Notes: generated from the sequence alone by a model not told the origin. Shown: positions 16,901-29,751, counted from the stretch's first letter. The stretch: 64,000 bases of DNA from Paraspadella gotoi (GCA_051294375.1 CM119271.1:9042120-9106119), one strand, 5' to 3'. Numbers and translations: made by a program.

Positions 16901-18509
16901 TTCCGAAATCCCCGACGGATGGATCTGGAGCGAAGAGGCGCAGGATTACGTTTTTGTCGGCCAAGAATCCGCCATGCAGGGCGAGGAGGGCGGCAAGAAA
17001 GGTAAGTGTTAAATAATGACGTGTTTATGCTAGCACCATCACACTTAACCAGCGTGACCGTGAGGGGATTAAACTCGGAACTCACAGTTGGTAAGCGAGT
17101 ACTAAGCTGTCCCAAGCTAATGAACCAGACTAGAGGGGAAACGAATTTAGGATTCGCCACAGGACGCTGATTATGATTTCCAACGAAAAAAATAGGTTTC
17201 CTCATACCCGAGAGATGTTGATTATTCCTCCAGCAGCACTTAATTCAGCCTCACCTCTTCCAAGGTCAATACGTCTACGTGGAGGGTGTGGGCGGCGCCG
17301 AGGGTCAGTACTACTTCGTTCCCGAGGGAGCGGGTGGGGAGGAGTTTCAGAAAGAGCTCAAGGTAAGGTCTCGGGAATTGACGGACATTTATAAGCGTTT
17401 CTCATTTCTTTTTAAAAATCCTGGTTTCTTTTTCTTTTCTTTTTTTTTCAGTCTTCTGCAGGTGAAAATATTTTATTGTGTGCTGTAAACCTTATAATAT
17501 TCATTAATATGTATGTCAGTTAAATATATGGTGCATGGTGTAACAAATTAATTATTACATGAAACAATTCTCATAATTCCCTTTATGAAAGACGTTTATT
17601 ACTAATCTTAATTATTCACGTCGCCATACCTATGTACTTGAACGACTAATAGCAACCCAATAAAACTTGAAGTAAACTATTCTAAACTATACTTTGCTTT
17701 GTTTTGCCTTTCAGGAAAGATCCCTGCGGGTGCCCAAGCGATGTCCGCGGCTCAAATGGCTGGTAAGATATATCATCGCAGCATCAGAAGTCCTTATTTT
17801 TCATGCAAATGATTGTACTTTGTAATTTTTCATGTAGGCAAATTACCTCCTGGAAAGCCTGCTCAGGTAAATGTATGAAAGGAACAGACGTGACATTATC
17901 GAAGAAATCTCGAAGAAAAAAAAGTAAACTTTATAATCTGTAGGAAAAGAAGCCGGCTGGAGGCGAAGCTGGTAAGTCCTGATCTTGTTGGGTGGGACCC
18001 GGCCGATTGTAAATTAACTTTACGTAGTTTGTGACAGTCATATTCGTTAGTATCATCTGTCCATTGTTGTTACGTTTTTCGGTCGTGTTGTTAGCGTCCT
18101 CATTTGTTTAACGTTTTGTGTTACGTTTTGTGTAACGTTCGATTCTTTGTGTGTCAAAAAAATTGGGAATTATGAGTTCCTTTTTTCAATCAGGTTTTTC
18201 TGACGCAGCATATTTTTTTAACGTTTCTTCCCCACAAAGAAATGTTAGGTGCCTCAGAGGCTGTAATTAAAAGTGAGGCGACTGCCACGCAGTCGTCTGA
18301 GGCGACGCCGCAGCCCAAAGGGCGCAGATTCAAAATCGTTAAAAAGCCCAAACCAGTGCCTCTAGATATCGAAGATGACGAAGATGGTAACATGAATTTA
18401 GTTTTACTTTTAGAAGTTTGCTCCTTTCCCCTTATTTAAGTTATATATATTTCTCCTCCCATTCGCATTATTTCCCATTCCTTTTTTTTTAGAAAGTAGG
18501 TCTGAATAG
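13996..18509 (+). CDS. Orphan multi-exon protein: N-terminal coiled coil, (VQQSQS)n repeat, acidic segments, RVxF motif; last exon uncertain
   Basis: About 17 GC-rich exons join in frame through GT-AG introns: MAQLQATLDTILEKVAILETRF..., QS repeat, EQTKEKLIKEIKRVV, KARRVGFGGGVHVREF, IPDGWIWSEEAQDYVF, KIVKKPKPVPLDIEDDED. No family recognised. Confidence 0.7.
14752..14910 (+). repeat. Coding 18-bp tandem repeat (GTGCAGCAAAGTCAGTCC-like) encoding VQQSQS/VQQTQS
   Basis: About 8 consecutive hexapeptide units visible in DNA and in ORF 14557-15024. Confidence 0.9.
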
Positions 18510-20255
18510 TGAATACTTTTATTTTTTTATTTTCTTTAAAATTTATTTTCTTTAAAAAAATTTTAGGCTTAGCGGTGTTCAATCGTGTGCGTGTTTTTTC
18601 TCTCTTGCATGCTAGGAGGATAGAAAAATTATTAAAAAAAGATTTTATTGCTGTTAAATTTTAGTTAAATTTAACAATTTCAACGCCAATCGATATGGCA
18701 ATGTCGACGTTTGCATCGATATTTATATACGATCCGTCGGTCCCATTCTTTCTGAATTACAGAATCCGTAATTTTAATGAGGATACTCAGTAGTCAGCCT
18801 TTCATCGCTGGTTAGTGGTCATTGATTTTAGTTTTTAGCCCGTGAAAGCTACCGAGTACAATCTAGACCAGTGGCTGCGCCAATACATGTAAATCAATTT
18901 CAAGGGCTTAAACTGAACTGTTACTGTAGCATTTATAATATTTTAGTACTTGTAACAATATTTTATAAATCAAAATAATATTATTTTTGTTTCGATATAT
19001 TATATATGATTAAAATGTTTTGATAAATACGAAATAAGAAATAGAATACAATAAAATAGAATAAGATAATTGTAAGATACTTAAATTAAATTAAAAATTT
19101 TTTAAAAGATTTAAAATAGCAATTATTTTTAAAATCTTTATATTATTTTGTTGAAGAGCAGGTGCAAGTAAAAATCTAGTGGGTGCAGATAAAGTTTATT
19201 TTGAATGTCCTTTAGTCTTACAAGGGTTAAGTAAATAATTAAATTCATTTACATTAATGTTGAAAAATAAAAATTTTAAAATATCGTAGGCGTCGTTATA
19301 GCAAGGAAATGAATAACTTCCGCCCGTTTTAAAGAAGCACTTTTCAATCATTTTCGAATGATGAAAACCTTTTTCGAAATAAAAAAAGTTAAAAGCATCG
19401 TTTTTCGTGGGATTTTTCGCGCAATCAAGCCAATGCATTTTCCATCTAAAGATCAACTGCGGGGGAAAAAAACAAAAAGGCATCACTTTTTTTTTTTTTT
19501 TTTGGCGTCAACTCGTTTTTTTTTTTTTGGTTGCCAAAACTCGATAAAACTTCGTTTATGAATTGCGATTTGTGAGTTGTGTGTCTTTTTCATTTCCCTA
19601 ATATTGGCGCCCACTCCCGCGTGGTCTCTTCTCAACCCCCGCCTTGGCCTCTTTACGACGTCGCGATAATTGAACTAACTAACTCCGAATGAACAAACGC
19701 GAGCGACCAACGGCGCTTGTCACTTCGCGTTATTATCATTCGGACCGTCACGCGCGCTTCGTCACGCGTTAAATAGCAGCTCCCCGCGTCTTCCGGTCTC
19801 AGGGAATCGCCGTTTCTCGAGGGGACAGAATGATGAGATTGGTTGCGACAATCGGTTGTGAATCGAAGCGCTTATCGGAAAGAATCTGCTTTTCCAACGG
19901 GATTGTCAGCAAATGAGAAAACTATGTACTTTGTAGCAAGTCTGTGGTATCCTTTTTTTTTTTCCATATACATTATAAAAATTAGTTTAGGCAATGTTTA
20001 GGCAACTAAAGTTTATGCAATGTTTATTATTTATCCAAAAAAAGCTTCGCGGGGAACATTAATATTTAAAATGTGTTTTACTGTAACTTATTTCTTGCGA
20101 CGGTTGACGCTCGTTTAGTTAGCGAATAGTTTCCACTCTGGGATTTTTTTTCATTTTCCTGTCTCATCGATTAGATGTCGACTCCTTCTGGTCGCCATCG
20201 TCATTTCACACACATTTTCTCTCTTTCGCGCGCGCGCGCCCTCCCCTTCCTTCCT

Positions 20256-20263
20256 TATAAAAA
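20256..20263 (+). promoter_or_regulatory. TATA box of the neuropeptide precursor gene
   Basis: TATAAAAA flanked by GC-rich sequence, ~60 bp upstream of the first in-frame ATG (20315) of a short exon ending at donor CAG|GTCAAT. Confidence 0.55.
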
Positions 20264-20314
20264 GGCGCGTCCCGTTAGCGCGATCGAAGCCAACTTAGAC
20301 GCGCTTGTTGCAAG

Positions 20315-22672
20315 ATGCATGGAGAGATGGTCGATCATGAAAAGACTCTCCCTTACATGAAGCGCCTCCCACAGGTCAATATTGTTTTCATTTTACCGAA
20401 AATTAAATTGAATAGTATTTCAGAATAATAAATTTGAAAAATGTAAAAATGTTTAAAAACAATGTGCGGCAGTTGTAAGGTGTTGCATTGCATTGATTAT
20501 CTTTTACTTAGTATATATATGATATGATAATATGATATATATGATAATATATATGATATATATTATTTGTTTTAAATAATATATAACATTTCATTAAATA
20601 TCTGAAAAATTTATGAAAATTTAAAAAATTACTTCTTTCACTATTTTAAGTTTTAGATATATATATATATATTTTTTTAAATATTCATTAAAATTATTTA
20701 TATTTTTGCGTTAGCGTTTCGTTAGCGCTTATGAAGAGCCTAGAATGCTTTTATTTTAAAAATCAAAAAGATTTCAACAAAATATACCAATAAAATTATA
20801 ATTTACTATCCGTTTACATGATTATTTTTAAAGAATCGTCTCATAAGTATCAACTAAATTAATTTGCCCTTGTATTTGTTGTATATTTTGAAAACCTAAA
20901 TGGAATAGATCGACTGAAAAGTGGGCAGAGTTGCTCCGCGATTACTTACGGCGCAACTAAAAACTAAAAATTACCTATTTTTTGATAAATCAGAAATCAG
21001 ACATAAGTGAAAGAAAGAAAAAAATAAAAGTTTTTGAGTATTTTATGAATGTTTTCTTTTAAATGCATATGGTTCAATAAAAATATGTAGAAATAAACTC
21101 CGCCCTGAAAACAATATTAACCTTCCGTTTTCTTTTGGAAAAGCCAAACCTTTCAGCAAATAGAATTCAACATACAAGCAAATTACTTGGGTTCTGTTTT
21201 TTGCTTGTCTTTTTAAGCCAGAGTTGCTTCGCCAAACAACTTTCCTATACGGAGAAGGTAAAAAAAATTGGAATGCGAACGAACGAATTCTTTAAATAGA
21301 TTAAGTTTCTGTTCAGGTGAACTTTTCGGAAAATAAAAACCAAAACCATGTTGATTCGTTACGAAAAATAGCACCAGAACTCGGGATAGGAAAGCAATTG
21401 TCACAATCGTAAGAATCTCTCTAAAATATCAGTTTTGAGCAAAATTTTACTTTTGCCGACCGGGGTTTTGGCGTCTTTTGAAAAATCATTTGAAAATATT
21501 TATTTTTTAAACAAAATTTAAAATGAAAATATCAAAAACTTGATAAAATCATCGAAAGATAACAATTTTTTATGGTTTTTGTATTTTTGATTCACTTATC
21601 ATAAAAATATTTTTAAAAAAATATATTTTGTGAAGACAACTTTTTATAAGATATCTGAATCTGGTCTTAAAATTTAAAAATTGTCTATTGTAAGTATATT
21701 TAAAAATACAAAATTTTTTGTTTAAGCATGTACTCGTTCCAAATTTTTAACTCACCCTATTCAGTGGGGTTACCCTTAATCCCGGTCGGCGAAAGTAAAT
21801 TTAACCCCAGTTTTTTGTAACGATTATTTATCCTATGACATCAGCTAATTTCCTTTTAGGTCACCAAAATTATCTTTTGACGAGCCACTCGATGAAAAAG
21901 AGACTGAAATAGGTCGGTGACAATTTTAAACTGAAGAACGCGAGAAAAAGTGTTTTTTATATAATGTTTCAAGATATATTTACACCCAAAATATTAATCT
22001 CTATGTTCATTCTATGAACTTTTATGAAATATTAGTCATTTAGTATGCACTCTCCACTATGCAGTCTGTTTTTCAATTGTAGGGGATTCTGAAGACTTGA
22101 CCGCTCGGGATCTTCCTCGATTCGGGCGAAGACAAAGCGAAACCAACCACCGTCTGATCGAGTTTCTCCGCGCTTACTTCGACACAGATGCCGTTAAAGC
22201 GAAGAGGGAGGGCTATTCTCTCCCCAAGTTCGGCCGAGAAATCAGCGCCGGAGTCGCTCTTCCGAAGTTTGGTCGGGAAACTGAGGAAGACGATGCCGAG
22301 ACCCGATCCAAGATGCTTCATCAGTTTCGATTCTGGCCACTGAATCGCAAACGCTCAGTGGATGTCGAAGACATTCTCGACCAAGATGGCGGCGCCATCG
22401 ATTCGGAAAAACGCGAGGCAAAGATCCTTCGATTCGGTCGAAGATCCGTCGATGACCCAGTCGAAAAACGTCAGTCTCCTCTGATTCGATTCGGCAAACG
22501 GCAATCGCCGCTGGTCCGTTTCGGAAAACGAAACTCGCCCGTCCTGAGGTTCGGCAAGCGCAACACGCCCGTCCTCAGGTTCGGAAAACGAGATTCGGAC
22601 GACGACGAGGAGATGGACTCTTTTCCCAGTTTGGAAAAACGAGACGCCGCGAGTATTTTGAGATTCGGATAA
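20315..22672 (+). CDS. RFamide (FMRFamide-like) neuropeptide precursor, 5 exons; start ATG uncertain (20315/20327/20357)
   Basis: Exons ~20315-20374, 21144-21257 (hydrophobic KLLGFCFLLVFLSQSCFA signal-like segment), 21317-21408, 21860-21912 and 22083-22672 join in frame. Last exon has 9 G-amidation units flanked by K/R sites: DLPRF, EGYSLPKF, EISAGVALPKF, EAKILRF, QSPLIRF, QSPLVRF, NSPVLRF, NTPVLRF, DAASILRF. Confidence 0.9.
21440..21810. mobile_element. MITE with TTTACTTT(C/T)GCCGACCGGG terminal inverted repeats, in a neuropeptide intron
   Basis: ttacttttgccgaccggg at ~21447 pairs with cccggtcggcgaaagtaa at ~21781. Related copies at ~16490-16680, ~40890-41125 and ~49435-49665. Confidence 0.7.
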
Positions 22673-23593
22673 GAAAAATCCGTGCCGGACTTTGATCTCT
22701 AACAAACCGGATCTTTTTTTTTTAAATTCTTTAAATATTTTAATTTTTAACTCACGAACCAACCTTTTTTGTATATCTTTTTTCAAAAGCAACAAATTTC
22801 CTGTTTCATTTACAGGATACAAAATAAAAAAAAAATTAATTCTTCTGTCGGAAATTTCTTTCATTTCCAAAAAAAAATTATATTCTGCTGTTTATTTACT
22901 TTTAATTATGTATATTTAATGGAAAATGTCATTGCAACAAACCACATTGTGGTGAACCAAAAAAATTGTATCCATCATGAATCCCACTGCATTTATGTTT
23001 GATGTCAGTTATAAGAATCGTACAAGTTTACTGTTTTGTAATCTTTATGAAAGCCAGTTTAATGTTGCTCAAACATTTTTTGCATTGCTGTATCTCACAT
23101 AAAACATGATAATAAAATGTTAAAAGCTTAAAATCTCATTATTTCAAGACTAAGAAGCACAGTCGTTTAGTTTTGCGTTCATTTGATAGATACTTTCTAT
23201 TTAACTTTAAGAATGATAGATTTACTTCGAAATACGTGTTTGTGTTGTTGAGGGAAACCTTAATTTTATTTTTTTCATTTTTGCGTTCATTGAATTAGAT
23301 AAAAATTGTAAAATATTATGTGGAAGATGGCTTGATCCAAATATCAGCTGAGATTTCTTTGTTATCACCGGGATATTAGAAATTGTGGCCTCACATTCTG
23401 GTAAAATTAAATAAAAATTAAATTTAGAGCTCTAAAAAAATTTTTGCCATTTTTCCTCAAATGTCGGTAACGATCACAATTTCGAATATCAAAAATTCAG
23501 TTTTTAGTGTGATTTCACTGTATTTAACCCTATTATTGTCCCTATAAGATTTATAACATAAAAAAATAAATAAACTCGCTCGAATCTTCTCAG

Positions 23594-25896
23594 GTTTCGC
23601 GGGCGGGTCCGGCAAAAAGCTGCAGCTCAAAAAGAAGAAGAAGAAGACTGATGACGACGACGAGGAAGGATCGAAGGTCGAGGCTCCCAAAGAGGCGACC
23701 GAAGGATCGGAAGCGTGGGCCAGCGAAATGACGTCAGTTTTGCCTTTGATTGCTTTCTCCTAGAATTGAATGGAAGCCGCGAGATGGGAATTCTAATCGT
23801 GTCAATTCTCTCTCACGCACTTTCCTTTACAGTAAGAAGAAAGCGAGAGCCAAACGAAAGAAGAGCCGCGACGATAAGAAGATTCGGGAAGCGTCGGCCG
23901 GTGGCGTCACCTACGAGGCCGTCAAACCCAAATTGCTCGACAAAGTGCCGTGGGAACAGCCGCCGCCGGGTGAGCGCTGAGTAACATTGGTGATTAGGGC
24001 GATGTGAAAATAATAAAATTTAATAAAATTAAAATTTAGCATATAGTCTATAGCATATAGTCTATAGAACCTGAAAATAAAAACCTATTTTTAAAATTTT
24101 ATACATTAATCTCAATATTTAAAAATTGTCTCCACCCCGTATTCCAGGCGTTCGCCCTCCCGCGCCCGTCAAAAATCACGACGTCGCTATCCCTCGCGAC
24201 TCGAAAGTATTGGGAGTTCGCCCCGCGATCGAATGGATTCTCAAGCAGCCGGGACCTTTCTGCACCACAAGGTGAAAAGCACGGGATGGGGAGAATAAAA
24301 TTCCCGAGGAGCATTTAATACATTTTTGGGGGGGTTTTTATCAAAGATAAAAATCCAAATATTTTTTTTTCATTCCAGGATGGTCTATCGCAACAGCAAA
24401 AAGGGTTCCCGCCCTCTGTACATCGAGAAGGCTTTCGAGGACCTTCACAGCTTCACCCTCCAGGGTCTGGTCGTTGGCATGCTTTTTACTGTCCAGGGAA
24501 ACTGCCTCTCCAATACCAAGTGCTTCATGAAAGCCGCGCCGGCCTTTGTCAGCAAGCGCTACTTGCGAGAGTTCGGCATTGACATAGAAGACTATCGCGC
24601 TAACTACCTCAGGGTCGACAACCACGCCTCTAAGTGAGGGAATGGTTGATAGGGGGCCACTCTTTTTCTTCCTAATTCATTAATTTACGTAATATGATTC
24701 GATTATCTTTTGAGTGTTTTAGAAGTGTTTCAAGATTACCTAATGCCTAGTCACTGATTATCTGGAAATAAGATATATTATATTATATTATATATTATAT
24801 TGGTTGTACCAATTTCATAAGACGTAAGATACTATGAAGAGAGTCAATGCAGCGCAACGTTTTTGACATTACCGTTCTTTGTTTTAAAATCTACAATGGA
24901 ATCTGAAGTCATTGCAGTCCCTCGCAAGAATTTTCCATCCCCGATGCCCCTTCTTCCCCTGTCGCCAGGGACCCCTACTGGTACGACCTGGTGGACCGCG
25001 TAAAGGAGGTTCACCCCTGGATCGATGACTTCCCCGTCGACATCGCTTACGGCAACGTGGCGGGCATGACGCGCGAAGAGATGCGCGCCGCCCTCAAGGA
25101 GCGGCACAAGGAGTTCCTCGTTAACCTGGAGGCGGAAAAGGCGGAACTCAAGAGGCAACTTGAGTCTAAATCGGGTAAAACGACTCATATTTTATCTTCT
25201 TATCTTTTTCTTCTTCCTCTTTTCCCTCGCAATGACTGCGGATTTCTTTTGTCTTGAAATTCATTTCGTGACCACGCATCCGATAACATTATTTTCCTCT
25301 GACGTCAGCACCAAAGTTTGTTCGTCGATAGCGGGGAAAAACCTTGGGTATGAGTGTATCTGGTAGTGTCTTACCAGGCCGAAAAAGGCAAGTGCACTTA
25401 TTTTGCAAATTCGATGATGACAGACTTAGTAATATCAGGTCCAGTGGTATTTTAAAGTTTTTAATCACGCGTTTGTTTTTCAAAGTTTCAATGATTGAAA
25501 AAAAAAAAAAAATTTTTTTGTTAGTGTAGAACTGTAGCACGCATACCTTTTAAACAGAGCAAAAGTTACCCTGACTTGAATGGTGATATTAGAGGTGTTC
25601 ATGATAGCTATGATATTACGTAATTATTATTATTATTATTATTATTGTGTTTGTATTATTATTTTGTAAAGTACTTTGTTAGGTATTTGTATTTTTATCT
25701 AGCTTTTGTTTTGTAGTTAGCACCATCGCAATCATGTTTTATCATGTTTTACACAACGTTAAAACTTTAAAAAATTAACCCAAATTAACTTTCAGACATC
25801 AAAGTTGACGAATCCGGCAAGATTATCGTGAAAAGAAAATTCCGTAAGACGGCTGCAGGCCTGCCTCATATGCCCAAGCACAATTTGGAAGATTAA
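23594..25896 (+). CDS. Uncharacterised multi-exon protein (K-rich N-region, small alpha/beta domain, coiled coil); 5' exon unresolved
   Basis: In-frame exons: KKKKKKTDDDDEE, KVPWEQPPP, WILKQPGPFCTTRMVYRNSKKGSRP..AFEDL..GLVVG..FMKAAP..LREFGIDIEDYRANY, DPYWYDLVDRVKEVHPW, final exon ending HNLED-TAA. Confidence 0.7.
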
Positions 25897-26607
25897 AAAG
25901 TCAAACTAACATTCGTTTACTAGACGCACTCGCAATTTTTTTTTAAATTCATTCTGTTCCAAATTAGCTTTTGTTTTGTTTTTTTCGAGAAGCTGTTCCG
26001 AAACAGATCGTCAACATAAGAAGTATTTTACTAAAACTAAATTTAAAAAAAGGATCCATGATGTTCTTTATGCTTTAATCTGTGTTCGTTACTTTTTTGT
26101 AGATCCTATATAAATTTTCAGATTCCTTCCCTGGCTTAAGCTTTAATTCAAATGATATTTTTGGAGTCAATCAGTTCATATTTATTACTCTATATGTCAT
26201 GTCTGTTAAATTTACTGCAAGCTAGCGACTGCAAGAGTTCATATGTATAACGATAGTGTTATATAGCTAATGCTAGTATTATTAACTTTCCCACAACAAA
26301 TTTTATAGCGGTTTTTTCAGTAAAGTGAAAAAAAGTGATATTAAAGGGAAAGTTGAAGCTTTTTCAGTCAAATAAAAATTGGCAACGCCAGCCAGAATGG
26401 AGTGCAAAAATATTTATCGAGGGAAGTTCCGAAGAAAAAAATCCCGAGAAAATGATCGACCCTCAATTTATAAAAAGACTTCGAAATCGTTTGGCACGAT
26501 AATTATTTTTAAAATTTCGTCGTAATTACTTGAAGATACTAGTAATCGCGCTTTAACCGGAAAAAAAACCTGTTATCCAATCAAATAGCGCATTTGTCTC
26601 GATTTTA

Positions 26608-29600
26608 ATGGCGCGTCTCTGGTTTCCGGCGATGAGGAAGTTAGAGACGGAAAACGAACGATTGAAAATCAGGCTCTCCATCATTGAGGGCGAAGCTTTT
26701 GAGCGAGAAAAAGAAAAGCAGGAATCCATTCAGGTGACGACATAGTTCTTACTTTCACTGTTTTACTGATTAGAACGATGAGTTTTCGTTTACTTTATAA
26801 CTATATAAGATATTAAGGAATTGTCAAGTTGGTCCCTAATTAAATTATTATTATTATTTTTCTCCAATAGCCGATATTTATCGACTTAGTAAAAAAAAAA
26901 ACCATCCGATTTAGATTGTTGAGCCGTTAAAAGAAAGGAAGGCCTGGCCTGAAAGATAAGATATAGGTCTAACAAGATCCTTTTGTTTTTGGAACCTCCG
27001 CAAAAAAGGATCACCGCGCGGAAATGCAATCCTTGCTCGATCAAAACCTTTCCCTCGAACGGCGCCTCAAAGAGTCGAGGGTGAGTCTCGCCTCCGACGA
27101 GGCGTTGCGGGCCGAGTTGGAGGAGTCGAGGCGACAGCGCGACGCTTCGACCGGGGATTTGAGGAGGTTGGCCAATGAGAATGAAGAACTGAAGAGGCAC
27201 TTCGAGAAGAAAAGAGAAAATGGGGAAGAGATAGAAAAGGTGAAAACCGAACACTAATAATAATATTAGTTTGATTTTTAAAATTTTATTGTTTTTCCTA
27301 GGTTTCGATCATCGACGAGCGGATCGAAAGATTGAAAAAAGAAAACGCAACTTTGAAGGAAGAAAAATGGAATCTTCAAAAAAGATTCCGCGATCAAAAA
27401 ATGGAAGTTGAATCTCTTAAAAAAGAGTTCGATCGAGCGTGCGGCGAACATTCGGTCCAAGTGGCCAAAAACTTGGAATGCGAAATGCGGTGAGAGGGTG
27501 AAATTCGTTAGAAGGATTAGAAAGGATATCCTCGATTCGTAGTAGTAGTAGTATATAAGAGCAAGATAATCTCATCACTTGCTTCAACTTTTCAGCGTCG
27601 CCGAACTCGAATCGAACCTGAATTCCGCCGAGGATTCCCTCCGCCACGCTCACCACCAAGCCGAAGCCTCAGTCGCGGACGCTGCGCGAGCCGCTCGCGA
27701 CGAACTGCGCCTGGAAACTGCCTCGCGGACCGCGTTAGTCGTCACCCTCCGCGCGGGACTGGCGACGTTGGCGCGCGAATGCGCGGCCTTGCGAAAAGAG
27801 CAGCGCCGTTTGAGGTCCCAAGCCGCCTCCCTGCCGGTCTTCGTTCGGAGCAACGCGCAAGAACTGACGAGACGATGGAAGCCGGCGATCCTCGAGCTCG
27901 CCGCCGACTGTGAAGAGTCCAAGAGGCGCTACCTGGCCGAGATGGCGGCGAGAGGCCGGCTGCGGGAGGAGCTGATTCGCCTGCGCGGAAACGCCAGAGT
28001 GTTCGCGAGGATCAAGCCAGATCCGACTGCGGATGGCGGGATAGGAGGCGTGGCCGGTTTAACTTCCTCAAAAACTTCAGCGGTGTCGATCGATCCTTTC
28101 GACGATCGCGTTGTTCATGTTAACAAGAAAAGTGAGCGGAGGTCGCGTTTTTGTGCTTTTCTTTGAGGGCTTGACGGCTCCCCTTTATTGACCTCATTTT
28201 ACTCAGGTCGTCGAATCTCCTTCCAGATGGACCGCATCTTCGGACCCTCCGCCTCGCAAGCGGATGTTTTTTCCGAGTTGGAACCGCTCGTCCACTCCGT
28301 CGCCGACGGATACGACGTCTGCATCTTCGCTTACGGACAAACGGGCTCTGGGAAGACGTATACCATGGAGGGTCCCGTAGAGGACCCGGGCATCAATCAG
28401 AGAGCGTGGCGGACGCTCTTTGACACGGCCAAGGAGCGGGAATCGGCCGGGTGGAAATATTGGTGAGATAATGAAATACATATTGGTTGTGCCAATTTCA
28501 TTGAATTTTGAAAAACCAAAAAGTTAAAAGGTGTCTTTTATTTAAATTAATTATTAGAATTTTATCTCATTATAAATGATATACATTATCCTAGCATCGA
28601 AGTCTCCGTCTTGGAGATTCACAACGACAACATCCGCGATCTCCTATCCTCCGCGCCCTCCCCCGCTCCGCTCGAAGTGAGAAAGATCTCGGCCTCCCCC
28701 GGATCCGGTCAGCACGTCCCCGGCCTCTCGCGCACCGCGGTCGCCTCCGAGCAAGACGCGCGGCGCCTCGTTTCCCGCGCGCTGCGTCACCGCGTCGCCA
28801 GCGCCACGCGCTCGAACGACGCCTCGTCGCGGTCGCACGCTCTCGTTGTCGCCACGGTGGCCGGCGCGCGCGAGGAGAGCGGCGAGAGGACGAGCGCCAA
28901 GTTGCAGCTCGTCGATCTGGCGGGGTCGGAGAGGGTCGCCAAGAGCGGCGTGGATGGGATTAGATTGAAGGTATGAACGGGCTGGTGGAGGGAAGATATG
29001 TATAGCGAATTTTGATAATGTGGCAGCAAGACTTAGCGGTAGTATTTCATACCCCGTTACTCGTCCGAAAATCAGCAGCACTTATGGCGCCGAAGGTAGC
29101 ACGAGCTACTCCCAACCCAAAGGACTCGGGTTCGCGCCCTGCTGATTCACACAAGAAAGCGCGACAGGGCGTCTTACCCACCTGTAGTTACGGAATACAG
29201 CCCGATCCGAAGTTCGGGACCTTGTGTGCAACGGACGGTGAACTCGTCTTCAACAATATTTTATTTATTTTTTCATGGTTTTTCTTTGGTTTCGTCTTAA
29301 TTTATAGGATGCTACAGTCTAAATGAAAATGCATTAAACAACTGTTTACTAGTGCAGTTAGCCGTTTGATATCTCCTTCTTTACCCCCTTTACCCTTTTC
29401 CCTTCCCCCGCTTCCCCCCCCCCGATCCTACAGGAGACCTTAAGCATCAACCGCTCCCTCTCCGCACTCAGCGACGTCGTCTTCGCTCTTCGAAATCGAT
29501 CGCCCCACGTGCCTTACCGCAACTCCAAGCTTACTTACCTTCTCGAGAAAAGCTTGGCCGGCGACTCCAAGGTGGCCGTTATCGTTCAAGTCTCCGGCGA

Positions 29601-29751
29601 GTTGCTCCATTTCGCGGAGACGGTCCAGTCTCTCGCCTTCGGGCAGCGAGCCCGCGGTTTCGATGGGACGGTCGGCCAGATCCCCGAGAGACCGTCGCGT
29701 GAAGTGACGCGCGAGGGGAAAAAAATGACGAAGAAAAATCGAAAAGTTTGA
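26608..29751 (+). CDS. Kinesin-14 family C-terminal motor protein (KIFC3-like)
   Basis: Coiled-coil exons, then neck RLRGNARVFARIKP, P-loop CIFAYGQTGSGKTYTMEG, switch I NDASSRSH, switch II LVDLAGSER, INRSLSAL and HVPYRNSKLTYLL. Motor lies at the C-terminus. Confidence 0.93.
29070..29255 (+). mobile_element. tRNA-derived SINE copy in a kinesin intron
   Basis: A-box-like TGGCGCCGAAGG, CTCCCAACCCAAAGG, B-box-like GGTTCGCGCCC and downstream core ACAGCCCGATCCGAAG, all shared with the copy at 47219. Confidence 0.65.
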
